Assembly: GCA_025594325.1 (NCBI GenBank)
Contig: JANHCV010000012.1
Span: forward strand, 744,001-808,000
DNA length: 64,000 bases
Reading direction: 5' to 3'
Source: Blastocladiella emersonii ATCC 22665
Taxonomy: Eukaryota > Fungi > Blastocladiomycota
Under the pieces are notes generated by a model that ran no database searches, was not told the DNA's origin, and saw nothing but the letters and a program-made list of their open reading frames with translations. Positions 58,395-64,000 of this stretch are shown here, one piece after another (positions within the stretch are counted from its first letter, which is position 1; each line of letters starts with the position of its first letter). Position numbers and translations under genes: made by a program.

Positions 58395-61300
58395 CTACCT
58401 TGTCGCGCTCGCGCTCGGGATCGGCGGCAACGGCGAACTCGGCGGGACGGGCGACCCCGTGTTCGGCGACCCGGACGGCCGCAGAAGCGCCGACTCCTCG
58501 GACACGGGCGACGCCGGGTCGGTCGCGGACGTTGGTAGTGGCGGCAGCGGCGCGCTTGGTGGTGGTGGCGAGTGCACCACGGACGCGGACTTTTCGGCCA
58601 CGGCGCCCGCGGGGAGCAGGCCGCTCACGCTGATCGTTGGCGGCAGCTTGACCGCGCCTTGGCTCGGGTGCGGGTGCGCGCCGTAGTGGTGCGAGTGGTG
58701 CGGGTGCGTCCCGCCGCCCTCGAGTCCCGCGGGCGTCACACTCGCGCCCGCGCCCGCGCCTGCCACGACCGCCTGGGCGGCCGTCGCCGACATCGGGATC
58801 GGCTCGACGAGCGGGGCGAGGACGCGTCGCTGCTCGGCGGCGCGGCGGCGGAGGTGGTCGAGCTCGCGGAGTTTCTCGACGTCGGTCGGGCGGTAGTACC
58901 GGCGGAGCTTGTAGAAGGTCCATTCGGGGGCGACGCCCATGGTCGTGGCGAGTAAGACGACGGCCCACCACAAACCGGCCTCGCCGACGCCGCCGCCGTT
59001 GTACGGATTGCTCGAGTACACGATCTGGCCCCAGATCCCGGCTTGGTCGTAGCCCGTGTTGACGCCGACTACGAGAAAACGGGTGAGCAGAGGCGAGACG
59101 GCCGGAGTAAAGAATGAAGAAAGCGTACACATGGGCCAGACAAGCGAGTACACGGCCTGCCAGAGGAACCAGACGCCGATGGTGAGGACGGCGCAGACGT
59201 GGAGCGGGAGCGTGATAGTGGACGGGGAGATGTAGCAGATCTGGATCGTGGCCGTGAGCACGACGATCGTGTAGGCCACGGTGCCCATGACGTAGAGCGA
59301 CGAGTACGAGTCGCGGACCGCGCCCAAGTCCACGCCACCCGCGACGCTCGACCACCACAGCGCCGTGTCGGCCGGGTACCGCACCGCGAACATGAACACG
59401 GTGCAGAGCATGACGACGACCGACTGCATGATGGACTTGAGCATCCACACGAGGAAGATGGTCGTGGAGAACTCGCCGTTGCGCTGGCCGATGCGGTACA
59501 GTTCCGGGAACTCGACCAGGATCGAGCACGGCAGGTCGCGCTCGAAGATGCCCAGCAGGATCACGGGCAGCGAGCTGAAGATGATGTTATACATGGTCAG
59601 CGTCCACTGCTCGTACAGCGACGTGCCCGAGTAGCCCGAGAAGGTCTGGAAGATGGCCTGCGTGCAGTAGAACATGATGCACTTGTAGAAGGTCCCGAGC
59701 GTGAACTTGGCGACGCGGATGTACGACCAGTGCCCGTGCACCAGCAGCAGCCGCGTCAGGAACCGGAACCGCGCCAGCGAGTAGTCGGACGACCGCGCCG
59801 CCTGCATCCCCTCGCGCCCCGTGATCCCGATCCCGACGTGCGCCTGCTGGATCATGGCAATGTCGTTCTATACGCCCGGCAAAAGGTTAGTCGAGTCCAC
59901 GCGAGGCGACACCCGAGAAAACGTACCGCGCCATCCCCAATCGCCGCCGTAACGACGTGCGGCTTGTAGTCGCGCACCGACCGCACCACGAGACTCTTCT
60001 GCAGCGGCGACACGCGGCAGCACAGCACCGATGTCGAGTTGCACGCGAGCGCCATGAACTGCCGGAACGGCTCGCCGCCCATCTTGTAGAACCGCGCGAT
60101 CGTCGGCCCGTCGACGACCATGACGAACGGGTTGGTGCGGCCCGTCGTCGACGACGGCGGCGGCGGCGGGGACGTGGCGGCGGCTGTCGCGTCGTCGCCC
60201 GCAGCGAGCCCCGCCGTGGCCGTGGCGCCCACGCCCAAAAGCGCGGGGTTCGACCGGTTCGTCGATGTCGGGAGCGCGGCCTGGTTCGCGCTCGAGAGGC
60301 GCGGGCGGGACGCGCTCGCGGCGCCGCCCGCCGTCGACCCGCGGTTGGGTCCGCGCGAGCTGAGTCGGCGGATCAGCTGGCTGTGCGACCGACCACCAGT
60401 GCCCGCGGCGTTAGCGCGTCGGGCATTCGCCGCGTCGTCCTCCCACGCGGTGACCTCGTCCTGGAGCTTGGCGACCTGGGCGACGAGGTCGTCGTCGGTG
60501 ACGTCCGATCCGTCGGGCAGCATGCCCTCGATGCAGAGCAGGCGCGAGTCGTCGGTGGCGAGCCCCGACGCGAACCCGATCGAGACGGCCGTCTCCTTCT
60601 TGTCGCCCGTGACCATCCACACCTTGACGTTGGCGCGCTCGAGCGTGCGGATCGTGTCGGGGACGCCGCGCTGCAGGCGGTCCTCGATGCCGGTCGCCCC
60701 GATGATGGTCCAGTTGCGCTCGATCATGTCGGCCGCATCGGCCAACTTCCCGACGCGGTTGGTGACCGACGTCGACGCGTCGAGGTAGACGCGCGCCCAC
60801 CGGGTGTACTCCTGCTCGGACAGGTGGCGGACCGCGTAGACGAGGGTGCGGAGCCCGGCGCTCGCGAACCGGTCGAGGTGCGCCTGCGTCGCCGAGTACA
60901 CGTCGAGCTCGTCGCCCGCGTACTCGGCCGCGGGTTTCGACCGCTCCAGCATCGCGTTGTCGGCGCCTTTGGCCAGCAGCATGATGCGGCCGTCCGGGAA
61001 ACGCAGGATGATCGACATGCGTTTCCGCGCCGACGAGAACTCGATCGTGTCGAGGATGTGGAACTTGGCCGACCCCGCGGCCCCCGGCATCAGCAGCGAC
61101 ATGGACGTCGTCGTGCGCGCCGACAGGATGAACCCGAACTCGCGCGCCGCGTTCACCAGCGCCACCTCGTCCGGCGACGCCGCCTGGTACACGATCGCGC
61201 GCAGCTTGTCGAGGTCCGCCTGGTGCGCGAGCGCGGCTGTCGCGGTCGCGGTTGCCGGGAACGCGTCGGACCCGGACGCGCTCAGGTTGACCGCCGACCC

Positions 61301-63804
61301 GGACGCCCCACGGCTTCCACCGACCTCGACCGTCGTCAGCGACGCCGTGTGCGACGACGCCGCCGAGTCGACGTCCGGGATCGCCTGGTGGCACAGCGCG
61401 ACCGCCTGCAGGAAGAACCGGATGCGCACCGCGAGCGGGTGGTGCGGCGCCTCGAGCAGGTGCCGCGTCAGGCCCCGGGTGCTGCGCGGGATGTGCGCGG
61501 CGCGCGACCCGCCGCCACTCGACGCCATAGTGCCCGCGAGGTCCGCGCCCAAAAGCCCGGGCTGAATCCCCGTCGACGCGGCCGCACCCGAACCCGACGC
61601 GTAGTACCCGAGCCCGCTGGTGCTGCCCGCGAGCTTGCTGCCGCTGAACGAATCGTCGTGGAGTGGGATCGCGCCGAACGTGTTGCTCGCGGCGCTCCCG
61701 AGCACCGTCTCGTCGCCGCCGCGGTACGCGCCCGCGGCCGTGGGCCCGCTGCTGCTGCCGCGCGAAGTCGCCTGGAACAGCTGCGTCAGCGACTCGGCGA
61801 CGTTGGTCGTCGAGCCCGCGGTGCTGAATGCCGGCGACAGGCCCGTGGGCGGGGCGCCGAGGCCCGACGACTGCTGGGGCTGCTGCTGGGCCTGCGCCGG
61901 CTGGGTCTGCTGCTGCTGCTGCGCAGCCGCGCCGGAAGCGTCGCCCGTCTCCTCGAGCTCCGAGACGTGCAGGAAGTCGATCCCGGCGACCGACATTTGG
62001 CGGAACAGCATCTGGTTCTCGGTGAGTGTACCGGTCTTGTCGGTGAAGAGGTACGAGACCTGGCCGAGCTCCTCGTTGAGCGAGGCGGTGCGCGCCTCGG
62101 CGGGCTGGTCGGTCGGCTCGTGGTACATTTGCAGGTCGTGGTTCATGAAGGTGGCCTGGACGAGCTTGACGATCTCGAGCGTCACGTACAGCGAGATGGG
62201 AATCATGGTGTTGTACAGGATCACGAACGTGAAGAAGGCCGACACGTAACCCGACGCCGTGTTCGCCGTGTTGGCCGAGGCCACGGCGGCGGCGGCCGAC
62301 GGCGACAGCTTGGCGAGGGCGAACGCCGGGAACTCGAGGTACCGGCGCACCGTCTTGTCCCAGGCGGCGCCCAGGATCGTGCTGACGATCGACAGCAGCA
62401 GCACGCATGCGAAGATGATCACGACGACGCGGTTGGTCTGCTTCTCGAGGTTCGGCACCTTGGTGCGCTTGTTGCGGTTCGCGTTGCGGCGGATCTTGGT
62501 CTCCTCGCCCGTGAAGATGGCCATGCCGATGGCCTCGGGCGTGTTGCGCAGCGTGGTCCCGCGCAGCAGAAGGTTGCCGATCGTCAGCGGCACCTTGGTG
62601 TGGTCGGGCAGCGCCACGGACCCGTCGAAGTTGTACAGGTCCTCGTTCGGGTCCTCGGCCTCGATGATGGCTACATTCGGCGAGCGAGTGTCAGTGGTGA
62701 TGCTCGTGCGAGCGAAACGCGAAGAAGGGAGTAAGTACCCTTGAAGCTGGCCACGTCGTCGAGCGAGTTGAGCAGGGCCTGGATCTGCGGCACGGCCTGG
62801 CGCTGCTTGAGGTTGGACTCGCCGTCGAGCTGCGACGTCTGGATGTAGCACAGCCCCTGGTCGAGCGGGGTGCGGAGGAGGACGAGGTCGGCGGGCACGG
62901 CCTTGTCCTTCTTCACGCGCACGATATCGCCGACCTGGACCGTCTCCCAGGCCTTGTACTCCCAGTGCGCGGGCACGCCGTTCGGGTCGTCGGGCCCGCC
63001 GACCAGCACCTCGACGAGATCCTTGTTCTCGGCGTCGTCGCGCTTGTGGCGCAGCCAGTCGTCGTACGCCTCGCGCATCATGGCGAGCCCGACAAACAGG
63101 ACCAGCGGCAGCAGCGTCGTGTACTGGCCCGTCGGCGACCACCCGGGCACCTGCTGCAGCCCGGCAATGAACAGAAAGTACAGGTTGGCCAGCTTGCTGA
63201 ACTGCGTGAACAGCTGCTTGGGCAGGAACGTCGCCGCGTTGTACCGCGCCGTCGTGATCCGGTTGTCGACGAACCCCGCGGTCTGGAACCGCGCGCCCGA
63301 CGTGGCACCCGCACCGCGGCCGCTCCGCCGGCTCGTCCCCGTCGCGGATTTCGGAAGCGTGCTGTGCGTCGCCGACGGGTCGCTGTGGTGCGACACGGCC
63401 ACGACCGACGTCAGCGCGAGCGCTCCTGCACCCGCAGTCCCGGGAGGATCGTGCGGGATCGACTCGGCGGGCGTCTCGTGGAGCTGCGGCGCGTGGTGAT
63501 GGTGGTGCGTCGGCGGGGCGACCGATGGCGTCGAGGTAGCAGCCGCGGCAGATGCATCAGCGACGGCGGGCCCCGACGAGGTCGCGGCGACAACGGACGC
63601 GCGGCCTAAGGTGCCCGTGCACGCGGGCGCGGCAGGCGCGCTGGCGGACGGCGCCTTGTGGTGCAGCAGCACGACGCGGCCGGCGTGGTCGAATGCCGAC
63701 GACCCGTAGACGAGCGCCACGAGCGGCGCGGGAAGCCACTGCACGAGCCGCGGCGGGGGCGCGCGCCGTCGCCGCGTGCGCCGCGGGATCGTGGTGGGCG
63801 GCAT
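58395..63804 (-). CDS. DNF3: P4-type phospholipid-translocating ATPase (Dnf3-like flippase), 4 exons
   Basis: FSKLANLYF, LDGESNLK, IPISLYV, DKTGTLTEN, TGDKKET, GDGA|NDIAM. Introns 62738-62671, 59926-59868, 59128-59069. The Dnf3 subfamily call is less certain than the family call. Confidence 0.9.
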
Positions 63805-64000
63805 GGTGGCGAGGTGCGTTTTGATGCGTTGCGATGAGTTCCGTGGTAGGAGGGCTATAGAGGGGAGAGAGAAGGGAGGGTTAGCGAGCGGTCATCGCCT
63901 CCCCCGCACCACCGCCACGCTGTGCGCCACACTCGAGCGCCGAATTTTCTGCGCGCGGGGCAACGGGCGCCAGGGAAGCCTTGATCGGCTGCCCTGATCG

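Overview
GC-rich eukaryotic genomic DNA with short spliceosomal introns (55-89 nt, GT(A/G)CG-type donors, CTRAC-type branch points). The gene content is fungal; an early-diverging zoosporic lineage such as Blastocladiomycota is my inference, not proven. Intact core genes: CBS/Sds23-like protein, ABCC transporter, Cla4-type PAK kinase, acyl-CoA oxidase, universal stress protein, cytosolic GluRS and a Dnf3-like P4-ATPase. These flank accessory DNA, mainly an all-minus-strand island at about 27.7-51.7 kb. The island holds seven two-exon forkhead (FH) genes whose DNA-recognition helix is hypervariable and has lost the canonical NSIRHNLS motif. It also holds two non-forkhead genes carrying the same N-terminal module, an F-box-like/Cys-domain family (a further member lies at 1.45-3.8 kb) and a deleted tubulin-cofactor-D fragment. 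An 11-nt DNA motif (ACTTG[A/C]TGCAA) lies at or just beside the start of about 12 accessory genes from unrelated families and is read in two different frames. A frameshifted Helitron-type PIF1 helicase lies at 4.3-7.2 kb. All splice models and alignments were made by eye and no database searches were run.
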